The position numbers and the translations under genes were made by a program. Shown here one piece after another: positions 24,524-35,724 of a stretch of DNA of 64,000 nt (its first letter is position 1; every line of letters begins with the position of its first letter). The notes below the pieces were generated by a model. The model saw nothing but the letters and a program-made list of their open reading frames with translations, did no database searches and was not told where the DNA came from. This stretch comes from Alloascoidea hylecoeti (Eukaryota). The stretch is taken from assembly GCA_001600815.1 (NCBI GenBank), contig BCKZ01000006.1:124001-188000 (forward strand). The letters are read 5' to 3'.

Positions 24524-26014
24524 TTATGAAGATTTAGAAAAGACTCTTGAACCTAATTCCTTAAGACAATAACCAACCATTTTCCAGCCATTTTCACTTC
24601 TAATTGCATCTCCATTTTCTTCCATTCTTCGAACTAGATATTCTTTAGTTTCGCGAACAGGACCCCAAGGTACATATTTAATAACCTTTCTACCTTGATC
24701 ATTCGCAAGTTGGCTACCTTCATCTTCAGCCATACCCATTAATTGACCAAAAACAACATCACTTTCAAAGTTTTTATTGAAATTTCCAGATGATTTGATG
24801 ACTTCAAGACGGTTACTTGCCATTTGTAAAGAGTCATTGTTATGAGAAGCAACAACTAAATGTCCAAAATTCCCATTATTAATTTCATTAATTGCTAAAG
24901 CAATACCATCATTATAAGACTTGTCGGTATCTTCTTTTGTTAAATGAATGACTTTTTCCCTATTTGGTTCAGAATGAATATAAGCCCCACGGACTAATTT
25001 CATCGAAACGGTATATTTGGAATCACTTTCCTTTGATAGTTTAATCTCATCATTCAATTGTTTTAAAGAGTCTTGTAAATACATTTGAATTGTACCAACA
25101 ACAATATTATGACCATCTACATTAAAACGTTTCATTAATTCTCTTTGTAGTTCATAAACACCTTCTTGTAAGTCTCTTTTTTCAGCATCAAGCACAATTA
25201 TAATTCTTGTACCAGTCTTAATACTTTGATCCTTGGCATGTTGACAAATCTTTGCATTTAATTCAACATAATTATTCCATCGTTCTTTATATTCAGGATT
25301 TTTAAAATTTCTCAAGATATCAGTTGCACCAACCATCATACCTGTTGGTTTTAAAGCGACATAACCAGGACTCAAATCTTTTGCATCGGGGTATTTCTTT
25401 GCTAAATTCATATTATGTGGTACTAGAATGTTATCAATAGATTCAATAATTCTTTGTGGAGCATCTTCAATTAATTTTAAAGTTCTTGAAGAACTTTCGC
25501 CTTCGGCATCTTCAACGGTATAAGAAATCATCATATTTTGAAACCCCCTGTTTAAAAGACGTTTACCGGTTTCAACAACTTCTTTATAATTTTCACCACC
25601 ACAGTAGATTGGGTATACAAGAGCTTTAACCAAAAAGGTGGGCATCATCGCCAAAGCCTTTGTTGCAATTTTGATCAGGAAACCATTTGCAGTGAAAATT
25701 GATAATAAAACATAAGTTGATAAATCACGGTTACTTAAATACTTTAAAAACTTTGGTTCCTTAACAGTGGCGCTAACATCAAAATTTTGTAAGGAACTGT
25801 TTGTAATATCAATAGTTGTGGATTCTCCCCTTTTCAAAAAATGGGTACCTTGAGTCACTCTTGGTTTATATTGAGATTGTTTAAATTTGGGCTGAGCGGG
25901 TTGATTTGAGATGGAGGAAGCATATCGCATACATAGAGGCAGAGCAGTAGCCTTTGTGCATATGCATGGAGCAGATAATGGGGAACGAAGTAGAAGTCTT
26001 GATGTGTTCAGCAT
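24524..26014 (-). CDS. PUT1: Mitochondrial proline dehydrogenase (proline oxidase)
   Basis: Arg/Ser-rich presequence, YCGGE, ALKPTG, LDAE, GTIQMYL, KLVRGAYIHSE, VASHN, FGQLMGMA, KYVPWGP..YLVRRMEEN. Confidence 0.95.
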   Translation of the reverse strand: MLNTSRLLLRSPLSAPCICTKATALPLCMRYASSISNQPAQPKFKQSQYKPRVTQGTHFLKRGESTTIDITNSSLQNFDVSATVKEPKFLKYLSNRDLSTYVLLSIFTANGFLIKIATKALAMMPTFLVKALVYPIYCGGENYKEVVETGKRLLNRGFQNMMISYTVEDAEGESSSRTLKLIEDAPQRIIESIDNILVPHNMNLAKKYPDAKDLSPGYVALKPTGMMVGATDILRNFKNPEYKERWNNYVELNAKICQHAKDQSIKTGTRIIIVLDAEKRDLQEGVYELQRELMKRFNVDGHNIVVGTIQMYLQDSLKQLNDEIKLSKESDSKYTVSMKLVRGAYIHSEPNREKVIHLTKEDTDKSYNDGIALAINEINNGNFGHLVVASHNNDSLQMASNRLEVIKSSGNFNKNFESDVVFGQLMGMAEDEGSQLANDQGRKVIKYVPWGPVRETKEYLVRRMEENGDAIRSENGWKMVGYCLKELGSRVFSKSS

Positions 26015-26249
26015 AAAAGATAAATATTAATAGAGATTATTGAGAAGGAAAAAGGAAAGAAAAAAGAGAAAAGAGGAGAAAATTGACCTGTTTATATAGA
26101 TTTTGAACAAACTGAAGGTTAATAAAGACAAAAAGAACCCGATACAAGGACTCCCCCGGAGACACTTCACTCGGTCCTTCCTTATCATTGTGGCATCTCC
26201 AGCGTAGTGGCTGCCCGCATATCCAACGGCTTAACTGAGACCCGCTTAT

Positions 26250-26327
26250 TCTCGGCCGAGACGATGATCGGCTTGATCAACCAAAGTTAACCCACCAATT
26301 CTTATTTTTGAGTCATCTCGGCCGAGA
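26250..26327. promoter_or_regulatory. PUT1 upstream elements: two TCTCGGCCGAGA palindromes and a Gcn4/AP-1 site
   Basis: TCTCGGCCGAGA at 26250-26261 and 26316-26327; TGAGTCA at 26309-26315 abuts the second copy. Confidence 0.5.
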
Positions 26328-26427
26328 AAAATACCTACATTGTTCTATATTTATAAATTTATAATTATCACTATCATATACTTATAACTAGATGTATAAT
26401 ATATATATAGACCAATGTAGCTTATCA

Positions 26428-29217
26428 CTATAATCGTAGTGTATTATTCCTCCTCTCATGTTGAGTAGACACCCTATTCAATGAAACCATAAAATCTTCA
26501 AGATTTCTTGTGTCCTTTACTCTACTATTAGTCCTTCCATGCATTATGTTATCAAAAGTTTCGGAACCTTTCAACAAGTAATACACACCACTCATAACAC
26601 AAAACACACCAAAGCTGATAATCCAAACATTGATAATAGTAATAATGTTTGTTGGACCCCCACAGAATAGTCCAAACCCTGTAATCAACGAAGCTGCAAT
26701 GGAAACAATGAAAACTGCTAAACCTAATTGCCACGATGGGTAAGAAGACCAAAATGGGCCATTGGCTCTAGTAATGAAAATCAACCAATTTTGGGACAGA
26801 GCAATTTGAAGAAAAATTACTCCATTAATCGTTCCATAATTCTGTACAATTCCATGACCACCCCCATTAACAAGCATTGTTGATAATGTGATCCATGAAC
26901 CAGCAGCCAGAATAGCACCAAGAACAATAGATATTCCCCAAAGAGTGGGTAAGTTCCACTTAACAGGAGTTTGTGAATAAGGTGCGTTATCATAGGCAAT
27001 AGTCAGGGTAGCAATATCAGCAAATATAGCAAGAAACACGGCAAGTTTTGAAGTTATTGTTTCATTTAATATAGCAATCCATAAACCAAAGAATATCTCA
27101 AGATGTATCGATAAAGCTATTCTATAAACAACATATGAGTACATTCTGTGGAATATCTGCCGAGAAGTTTTGATTGCATCGATTATTGTAGATAAACCAG
27201 GTGCTGTAAACACAATATCAGCAGCTGAACGAGCAGCATCTGTAGCGCCTTCAACGGCAATACCAGTATCAGCTTTCTTCAATGAAGGAGCATCATTAAC
27301 CCCATCTCCAGTCATTGCTACCAACTTATTTCTTTCTTGAAGCATTTGAACAACATTAAATTTATGTTCTGGAAACACTTCGGCAAACCCATCAGCAGCT
27401 TCAACAAAATCATAAACTTCAGAACCAGACATGTCGCCATTGCTTCCTCCAAGACCTAATCTCTCAGAGTTATAAATGTTAGTGCCCATACCTAATTGAC
27501 GAGAGGTTTCTCTGGCAATATCTACTGCATCACCAGTTAACATCTTAATAGATAATCCAAGATGCTGTGCTTCTCTAATAGTTTTGGCAGTATCATGACG
27601 AGGAGGATCCATACAAGGCATAATACCTAAGATTTTCCATCTTTTATCGGAACCTTTTTTTGCAACACCAAGTGATCTAAATCCACGAGCTGCAAACTCA
27701 GAAGCCGCTTCCTTGTAACTAATAATAACATCATCTTCAATTGTTTCATCTTCTTGTAAAGCCTTCTCCAGCACAAAAAGTGGAGCGCCTTTAACACAAG
27801 TTGAAATTTCTCCTTCGGGAGATTCAACATCAGCTATAACCATTTTTGAAACAGGATCAAAAGGGCGAAATTCCAGAATTTTGTATGTGCATAAAGCAGC
27901 TTTGGCAATAGGATAATCCTTTAATGATTTTAAAAACACCTTATCAATAGCGTCAAGACCTCTCATCTTTCTAGTAGCAGCCAAACATGCAGTCAACATA
28001 AGTTCATCTGGGTGAACACCCTCAACAGTAAAGGGAGTATGTAAAGATAATTTGTTTCTTGTTAAAGTACCAGTCTTGTCTGAACATAAAATTTCCACAC
28101 CAGCTAAGGATTCAATTGCAGATAATCTTTGTACAATAGCTTTCTTTGCAGACAAATAAGCAGCACCAACTGCCATGGTTGTTGTCACAACAGCTGGAAG
28201 ACCAACAGGAACACCGATAACAGTAATAATCAAGGTGAATCCTAATAATGTAACAATTTTGGTGTTCCTATAAAAACCAGAAATCCAAACCACAACAAGA
28301 GTAAAAATAACCAAAGAAAGTAAAACAATACCAATACCGTTTAAAACTTCAGTGAAATGACCTGGGCCACTTTCGGCTTTTCTTACGAGAGTAGCAGCTC
28401 TACCGACTTCGGTAGCATCTCCAGTAGCAGTAACCACAATAAAACAATTCCCTCTCTTGACTGTAGAAGAAGAGCGTACACCTTCACCAGTAACTATTTT
28501 AGCAGCTAAACTTTCACCAGTGATTGCGGATTGATCAACCTGTAATTCACAATTGTCGCTGATAATTCTACCATCTGCTGGAATGACTGTTCCTTCTTCC
28601 AATTCTAAGATATCTCCTGGGACAACATTTATTGCCTCGATAGGAACCAACTCACCATTACGAATTACAACGGCATTATTAGCCAGTGTTTTTTTCAAAG
28701 CTTCAACGGTGTTACCAGCCTGAAATTCCTGGACAAAACCAACAACGGCATTAAGGACCAACAACGCACAAATAATACCAAAATCAAACCATTGAGTCAA
28801 CGCAGCGGCCAAAATGGCTGCTGCTTCCATGACAAATTGAATAGGACCAACAAAAAACATAAAAAATGTCAATACAAAATTTTTATTTTCGCTTTTTAGT
28901 TCATTTTTACCAAACCTTTTAATTCGTCTTGAAGCTTCTTTGTCAGTGAGACCCAATGTAGGATCAGTTTTTAACAATTCTTCGGGAACTATTTGACCAA
29001 TACCAGTACCATCGTTATCTTCCGAGTAATTTTCTGTTTCGTGTACATTGTCACTCTCATCTGATTGCAACTCGCTGATAAGACCTTCGATGTCTTCTAT
29101 TTCATCTATTTTATTTTCTTCGATTTCGATTACCGTGGAAGTATCAAGCCTTGACGCATTAAGGCTTGAAAGTGAACTTTCTTGTTCAGGTGCAGATGTA
29201 ACTGATTCACCACTCAT
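26428..29217 (-). CDS. Plasma-membrane P3A-type H+-ATPase, divergent PMA1/PMA2-like paralogue
   Basis: First ATG at 29217 (the track starts at a TTG). [67 protein letters not shown]-terminal LEDF...RVSTQHE. Confidence 0.95.
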   Translation of the reverse strand: MSGESVTSAPEQESSLSSLNASRLDTSTVIEIEENKIDEIEDIEGLISELQSDESDNVHETENYSEDNDGTGIGQIVPEELLKTDPTLGLTDKEASRRIKRFGKNELKSENKNFVLTFFMFFVGPIQFVMEAAAILAAALTQWFDFGIICALLVLNAVVGFVQEFQAGNTVEALKKTLANNAVVIRNGELVPIEAINVVPGDILELEEGTVIPADGRIISDNCELQVDQSAITGESLAAKIVTGEGVRSSSTVKRGNCFIVVTATGDATEVGRAATLVRKAESGPGHFTEVLNGIGIVLLSLVIFTLVVVWISGFYRNTKIVTLLGFTLIITVIGVPVGLPAVVTTTMAVGAAYLSAKKAIVQRLSAIESLAGVEILCSDKTGTLTRNKLSLHTPFTVEGVHPDELMLTACLAATRKMRGLDAIDKVFLKSLKDYPIAKAALCTYKILEFRPFDPVSKMVIADVESPEGEISTCVKGAPLFVLEKALQEDETIEDDVIISYKEAASEFAARGFRSLGVAKKGSDKRWKILGIMPCMDPPRHDTAKTIREAQHLGLSIKMLTGDAVDIARETSRQLGMGTNIYNSERLGLGGSNGDMSGSEVYDFVEAADGFAEVFPEHKFNVVQMLQERNKLVAMTGDGVNDAPSLKKADTGIAVEGATDAARSAADIVFTAPGLSTIIDAIKTSRQIFHRMYSYVVYRIALSIHLEIFFGLWIAILNETITSKLAVFLAIFADIATLTIAYDNAPYSQTPVKWNLPTLWGISIVLGAILAAGSWITLSTMLVNGGGHGIVQNYGTINGVIFLQIALSQNWLIFITRANGPFWSSYPSWQLGLAVFIVSIAASLITGFGLFCGGPTNIITIINVWIISFGVFCVMSGVYYLLKGSETFDNIMHGRTNSRVKDTRNLEDFMVSLNRVSTQHERRNNTLRL

Positions 29218-30186
29218 TATCAAATATTGTTAATAAATTAAAATATACTTGGACACAATTTTAAAAACCAAGCAGAACTGTTTTAATTAAAGCAGATGTT
29301 ATTTAGAGAAAAAAAAAAGAGAATATGAAAAATATCTTTCAAATTAAATATATGAATTTCCAAACTCTTGCATATTGTTTTCTGCTTCTTATCCAAAAAG
29401 GAAGGTGTTAACACTGTTTATCCTAGCTACATACAAATATAAACTTTGCGATATATGCATATGCAGTACATGTACAACTTAAATAATTAGTTATTTAAAA
29501 AATTATTTCGGAAACAAATTAAGCTATAGCTTATGTAATTTTAATAGTGATATTTTTTTAAATTTCAAATTATAGGCCGAAAATCACCCATATAAACTGT
29601 CATAGTGACTGAAGTGATAGGTCATAATAATAGCCTTTACATAATTCATACATTTATTAATTGTAAAGAGTAATTATAAAAATATTAATATTGCTATTGC
29701 TGGATTTGATAAATCCCTCAGTAGTGTATTTAGTTCTTATAATAGATAAAATAAGCTCTTTTAATTGAAAACTGTCATTTCAAGGTGTAATTTAAAAATG
29801 CGCCGTACTTCTTTGGTGTTATAATTATACATAGAAAATTCGGTATTATAAATACTATATGCAGAAGTAAATGAATTATAGAGAATTTAACTCTCCTTGA
29901 TAAGTTAGGAATTTGCAATAAAGTTTTCAGATATCTTGTGAAGTACCTAGTATCTTTGGTACCACTATCAAAACCATTCACTGCTAATGAGCATAGGAAA
30001 AATAAAAATTTCAGCGAATGATATATTATGCACGAATCGTTTTTGTCTCATACTTGTATTAGCATTGCTAAAATGCTAAATTTCTCTCAGCTGGGCGTCA
30101 CGTTTTGAAAATCATGTGATGATAGTTACCCGACCTCTTCTCTGATTTTTGTGAATGTTTAAATGTTTAAAGTCAAAAAAACACGA

Positions 30187-30192
30187 ACGCGT
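30187..30192. promoter_or_regulatory. MCB element (ACGCGT) upstream of DUT1
   Basis: Exact MluI cell-cycle box about 50 bp before the dUTPase ATG, as expected for an S-phase dNTP gene. Confidence 0.5.
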
Positions 30193-30239
30193 CTTTTTTC
30201 TTTTTCATTTCTGTTCTATATCATTTTATTATCAGTACA

Positions 30240-30839
30240 ATGTCCTTACAAGTTTTACTCAGATCTGCAACTGCGAAAGCACCAACTCGTGGTTCTGCCT
30301 ATGCTGCTGGTTATGATCTCTATGCGTATGTAATTGTTGTGGTGCTAGAGAAGATAAAGATGAAGTTTCTTGTGTATTCTTTCTCATATCTTTTCCTCGA
30401 GGTTATCTGAATACGATATTATTTCGAAGTGTTTACTAATTTTCATTTTTTTCCCATTAATAGTTCTGCTGCCACTGTAGTTCCTGCTAATGGGCAAGGG
30501 TTGGTTTCTACTGATTTAACTATTATTATACCTCCTGGAACATATGGTAGAGTCGCTCCACGAAGCGGTTTAGCTGTTAAAAACGGTATCAGCACTGGTG
30601 CTGGTGTGGTTGATGCTGATTATAGAGGTGAGGTTAAAGTTGTTCTTTTCAATCATTCGAATATAGATTTTGAAGTCAAACAAGGTGACCGAATTGCACA
30701 ATTAGTGTTAGAAAAAATTATGACGCCAGATGTTGTAATTATTACTGCTGAACAGTTGACGGAAACGGATAGAGGTGAAGCAGGATTTGGATCAACTGGG
30801 ACCGGTTTTCCAATTAAGAAGCAGAAGGTAAAGGCTTAA
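30240..30839 (+). CDS. DUT1: dUTP pyrophosphatase; join(30240..30325,30464..30839), 153 aa
   Basis: Exon 1 [29 protein letters not shown]; intron GTATGT..TACTAAT..TAG; exon 2 [38 protein letters not shown] (all five dUTPase motifs). Confidence 0.96.
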
Positions 30840-31399
30840 ATTATAGCTAAAGGGAAAAAGAAAAGAAATGTACAATATAAAAGAAGTGATAATTATACAT
30901 CAATGCTAGCGCTAATGTTAATACAGATAATCTTTCTTTTTTTATTAGAATTATAGATTTAAAGCAAATGGTGCACTAGAAATGTGTATCTTACGTTATC
31001 ACTTGTACTAAATACTATGATTAATTATATAAATTAATTTACTAATAACATCATGGAGTACCATATATCCATATATATTGAAATCACCAGACTAGTAGCA
31101 ATACATTTGATTTTACCATATAACTCACTGTGGCTGCGTATTCGTTTAATATTAAACATGTAATAGTTATACTTTACAATACATAGTTTTTTTTTGATAA
31201 ATCTTAATGTAGTCTATAGCACACGAGCTATACTATTTCTTATTTGTTGTGAGTGAAACCCCGTTAAATACGTAACCACATGTACTACACATGGCTATTT
31301 AACAGTCAGCGAGTAAGAAAAGTCACGAAGTGTTTTAAAGGATTTTAAATTTTTATAGCAACTCTTCTCGCAGCTGCATTGATGGAAGACATTTTTTCA

Positions 31400-32700
31400 A
31401 TCATTTCTTTTTCTGGATCTTGTGTAATGCAAGGAGAGATTCATACGAGTTAATTACCTTGCGGAAGGGTTTTTCATATTTTTAGGTAAATCACTGATCA
31501 GGCTGTGTTCTGTCAAGTTCCTCCTACAGCTATAACTATAGCCCACATGTTCACCAACTTCATGACATGGGTCTTAGTTGCCTCGTCTTTTTCCGCTGAC
31601 AGTACGCAGGGCTCACACTCTGATTAACTACAAGTATTTGTCAACGATGACTTTATCAAGTATAAGTTACACTAGTGGTACTTCATCTTCTGGGCCCTCT
31701 CATCCGGAATGTTCTTCTTATCATGTAGCTATGGTATATGCCTATATCCCCATCGATCTAAAGCAAGATGTGATATTGTTCTCACTTGAAGCTAAATTTT
31801 TCGCTCTTCTATATTATTTATACCAAGAAAATCATCCTTTTGGAATCTGTGTAATTCCGACTCTTTTAAATAACTCCTGAGGTGCTTCATGTAAATATCT
31901 TTTCAATGGAGAGAAGCAAAAAATTCAAGAACTTGTGATATCCGACGTACTATTATAGTACACTTGCCTATCTTGACCATCCTAGATAGAAAGCGTTCTT
32001 TTATCTTTTTTTAGGAAGCAGTTGTTGATATTCAATAATCAAATTGGTACCAATATAACCATTTTGTGAACAAATAACACACCACTTTTCTCTCCCATCA
32101 TCTTAAAGATTATAATAACATGAATTCTGAACGTTTCTTGATCCAAAAATAATCATGGGGGAAAGGAATCAATCGTGGCATTAACACATTCAGTACAAGT
32201 GACAAGTGACAACTTCCCCTCTACAAGGGATTAATTGTGAAATAGAGGGAAAGCCCACTGGAAGAAGCACTTTTCTGGACCTCAAATGCATTAACCATAA
32301 GAAATTACGTGTTAAGAATACAGCCACTATTAGCCAGTCTCATCTATATTATAAATGTTGCATGCCTTGTGTTTATATTTGACACATAACTATTCAGAAA
32401 TTTGAATAAGTTTTGCTCATTATCTTTATCCTTTGTCCTTTTCCCGCTTTGAATTAAGTTTTTTTTTTTTTGGTATTGTGGTGGCTGATTAAAATGAAAT
32501 TAAGTTTTGTGTGTACAGTAGGTCACATGTGTTTGCGGTCCGTTGAAGCAATTCTCAAGGAAATATTACCAAAGAAAATATAAATAACATTTCTTAACCT
32601 GTCTAAACATCACAGGAGACAATTAGAGTAGTCAATATGCCCTTGCGAAGATACCTTTATGGCCTGTGACTTGGTCGTGTGTTCTACAGTGCAAGATGTT
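31400..32700 (-). mobile_element. Degenerate pogo/Fot1-type transposase relic
   Basis: Minus-strand motifs in order: NIYNIDETG (32333-32359), VT..TECVNA..PP.IIF (~32150-32215), WCVICSQNGY (~32055-32085), RTLSI*DG (~31975-31998), CFSPLKRY (~31895-31918), KDDFL..NNITSCFRSMGI (~31745-31840); many stops and frameshifts. Boundaries approximate. Confidence 0.85.
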
Positions 32701-32878
32701 TTGTAAGGAAGCTAGACGCGTCTCCCGGCAGTTTGAGGAGCGCCTACAATTCTGCCATTTTTGGATACGTATGACAAAAATAAGAGATATTACTTTTGCT
32801 CTCTAGTCAGCCGAGTTATTTATATTTTCAATGGCGTTAATTGCAAAGGACCCCGTATCGCCAAGGAACATACACTCC

Positions 32879-33062
32879 AACTTGAAGATGGGCTCATGTA
32901 TGTAATGAATCAGGTCTGATCATTGACAAGGACTGTTATTGAGGGAACAACCCTATAATAAGAATAATTGTGGTATATGAAACTTGAATATGGGCTCATT
33001 TGTTATGAACCACGTGCGATCGTTTAGGGGCTATTATTGAGGGGAGCGACCCTACGAAAAGA
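32879..33062. repeat. Imperfect two-copy direct repeat, about 102-bp period
   Basis: AACTTGAAGATGGGCTCAT...TTATTGAGGGAACAACCCTA versus AACTTGAATATGGGCTCAT...TTATTGAGGGGAGCGACCCTA. Confidence 0.75.
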
Positions 33063-33623
33063 TGGGGGCCAATATATTTTGTAATAGTATTATAATACTA
33101 AGCATATCTGCTACTGGCCATTGTAATTTCGTTATTCACTTCTACGGATGTTGTGACGAATGTATTATTAAATATAAGGGTAATCATTATAAGGCTATTT
33201 GATAAAAGTTAGAGATTATGAGTTTAACGAGCCGAGTCAACGTTATGACTAGCGCTATATTACTAATTATAGGATCGGGGAATTCGGTAATTGAATTCAA
33301 GCTCTTTATAATTTTGTAAAGAACAAAATTGCATGGAAATTTAATTAATTAGACAAGGGGATCTTTAATTATAATATGAAATTTCTAACGCTTAATGCAA
33401 TTTTATGATATAGTTATCATTATATATAGTTTCTAAGTGCTAGCTATAGTTATAGCGATGTAGACTTTTATGATTAATTGTGGCATTAAATAATATGGCT
33501 ATAGTATTATAAGTTTATTAGGTCTAACCAGATCTTGGATATAGCGCTTAAGGTAAAAGTGTTAAGAATAAATCAGCTAATGACACTAATTGCAGGCAAT
33601 GGCTATGACCAGACGGTTAAGGT

Positions 33624-33865
33624 CGATTAGCCGAATGGAAAGAAAAAACCCAGTGCTGGCTGTAATAGTTAATAATTGTAATGTATTTGAGTCATCTCGG
33701 GATATAATCAGCGGGAAGCTTTAGTTCCGAGGATATGAGCAGATATTTATTATCAGGCCGATTAGCCGAATAGATTTAACATAACTATAATTTTAATAGA
33801 AAGAAAGAAAGAAAATTGTAATGTACTTGAGTCATCTCCAGATTTAGCCAGTGGGAAGCATTAGT
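33624..33865 (+). repeat. Duplicated promoter module, each copy with a Gcn4-type TGAGTCA site
   Basis: CGATTAGCCGAAT at 33624 and 33759; AATTGTAATGTA(T/C)TTGAGTCATCTC..GAT.TA..CAG.GGGAAGC.TTAGT at ~33674 and ~33814. Confidence 0.75.
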
Positions 33866-34276
33866 CAAACCTTCGATAGTATGACAAGGAACTTATTATG
33901 AATTGCAACTATCTGAATAACAAAGCAATACATTAAAAATAATCTCACCATAATTATACAAAACCCTTACCCATCAACTTGTACACAAGGAATTTATTGA
34001 AAGCCCCGAAAGCATTTTAATTGTTCTGTGTGATTTGAAAATGCATACCTTCTATTTTGAAGCATAATTCTTTGAATATTCCTCTTTGTGTCTATTCACA
34101 ATCCCGCATATTTCAGTTTTAAGTTAATAGGTAGTAATGCTTAATTTTCCCTTCATGTCTCCAACTTATGTTGCCCCAATATAACCGAATGACTCTCGAG
34201 AAATGTATAAAAATGGGGCAATGAGGAGACCCCCTCTATATACTCACATAAAATTATTATATTACGCATTAAAACA

Positions 34277-35443
34277 ATGTTATCCCCACAAGTTATAAAT
34301 TCAAGCTTATTGCCCGTCTTACTACACTCTTCTTCTTCACCAGTTATTTCTCGTTGTGCCTTATTAGCGAGTGCCAATATAGTACGATCTCAAGCTCGTT
34401 TTTTTTCATCAACTCAATTTCATAGAATGTCACTTCCAACTACTCAAACAGGGTTTGTTTTCAATCATAAAACAAGTAAATTAGAAAAGAAAGAAATTCC
34501 AGTACCTGAACCTAAGGAAGGTAATATTCTTTTAAAGATTAAGGCAGCAGGTTTATGTCACTCAGATTTACATGTTTTGGATGCAACATTACCTTATTAT
34601 TCTGATTTTGTATTAGGACATGAAATCGTTGGACATATTGCAAAGTTTGGCCCTGGCGTAGACAAAGAGAATTTCGATACAAACAAATTATACTCAGTTC
34701 ATGGATCAAATCCTTGTGGGCAATGCAATTATTGTAGGATTGGTCAGGATAATTTATGTCAACAATTGACTCGCGCTCCATATGGATTAGGTGAAGATGG
34801 TGGTTATCAACAATATGCCCAATTCAAGGTGAGAAATCTAATTCCAGTTCCTGATGGAATTGATCCTTCAGAAGCAGCAGTTGCAACGGATGCAATTTTA
34901 ACACCATATCATGCAATGAAGGTTGCCGGAGTTAAAGGTTTAACAAGGGTGCTAATTATAGGACTTGGGGGACTTGGCATTAATGGCGTTCAAGTCGCTA
35001 AAGCTTTCGGTGCACATGTTATTTGTACAGATTTAAGACCAGAAGCAAGAGAGAGAGCAAAGGAATTGGGAGCCGATGAAGTTCTAGAAACACTACCTGA
35101 GACTTCACTCAATGTTGATGTTGTTACAGATTTCGTCTCAGCTAAAAGTACTTTTCAATTAGCACAAAAGCATGTTCGTGCTAAAGGTGTTATCGTGCCT
35201 GTTGGACTTCATAGTCCGGTCATTGAGTTTGATTTGAATGATTTAGCATTCAGAGAAGTTAAGATTTTAGGGTCCTTCTGGGGTACATCACAGGATCAAA
35301 TTGAATGTTTTGACCTGATTAAGAAAGGCGTTGTTAGACCAGTTGTCGAAAACGCTAAGTTCGCGGATACTGACAAGCTTTTGGAGGACTTAAGAGCTGG
35401 AAAGTTTAAGGCCAGAGTAGTTGTTCAACCAAACGATGAGTAG
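34277..35443 (+). CDS. Zn-dependent MDR secondary alcohol dehydrogenase / carbonyl reductase with N-terminal presequence-like extension
   Basis: GLCHSDLH, GHE, structural-Zn C-x2-C-x2-C-x7-C, ATDAILTPYHA (Asp third ligand), GLGGLG, GSFWG; resembles the Candida parapsilosis SADH type. The 50-aa leader ends RFFSSTQFHR before a second Met. Confidence 0.9.
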   Translation: MLSPQVINSSLLPVLLHSSSSPVISRCALLASANIVRSQARFFSSTQFHRMSLPTTQTGFVFNHKTSKLEKKEIPVPEPKEGNILLKIKAAGLCHSDLHVLDATLPYYSDFVLGHEIVGHIAKFGPGVDKENFDTNKLYSVHGSNPCGQCNYCRIGQDNLCQQLTRAPYGLGEDGGYQQYAQFKVRNLIPVPDGIDPSEAAVATDAILTPYHAMKVAGVKGLTRVLIIGLGGLGINGVQVAKAFGAHVICTDLRPEARERAKELGADEVLETLPETSLNVDVVTDFVSAKSTFQLAQKHVRAKGVIVPVGLHSPVIEFDLNDLAFREVKILGSFWGTSQDQIECFDLIKKGVVRPVVENAKFADTDKLLEDLRAGKFKARVVVQPNDE

Positions 35444-35724
35444 TTAATTAATATTGGATATATAAGTTTAATAGTTATAATGATACAGAATGATTTTGAC
35501 CATTTTAATTTAAAGTTAAGTTTTCCTAATTGATACCATGCAGACGTACTTCGGCAGCTACTCCGCATACGAGCTCGCTATCGATAAACCTACACTGTTC
35601 TAATTTTGATTGTGCATCGCTATCAATCGACCTACGCTACCGTTATTTCTCACCGTTAGCAGTATAAAATGGGTAGATTGTGTTTTATATTTCTTTTGTA
35701 CCTGTATTCTTATCCGTATTAACA

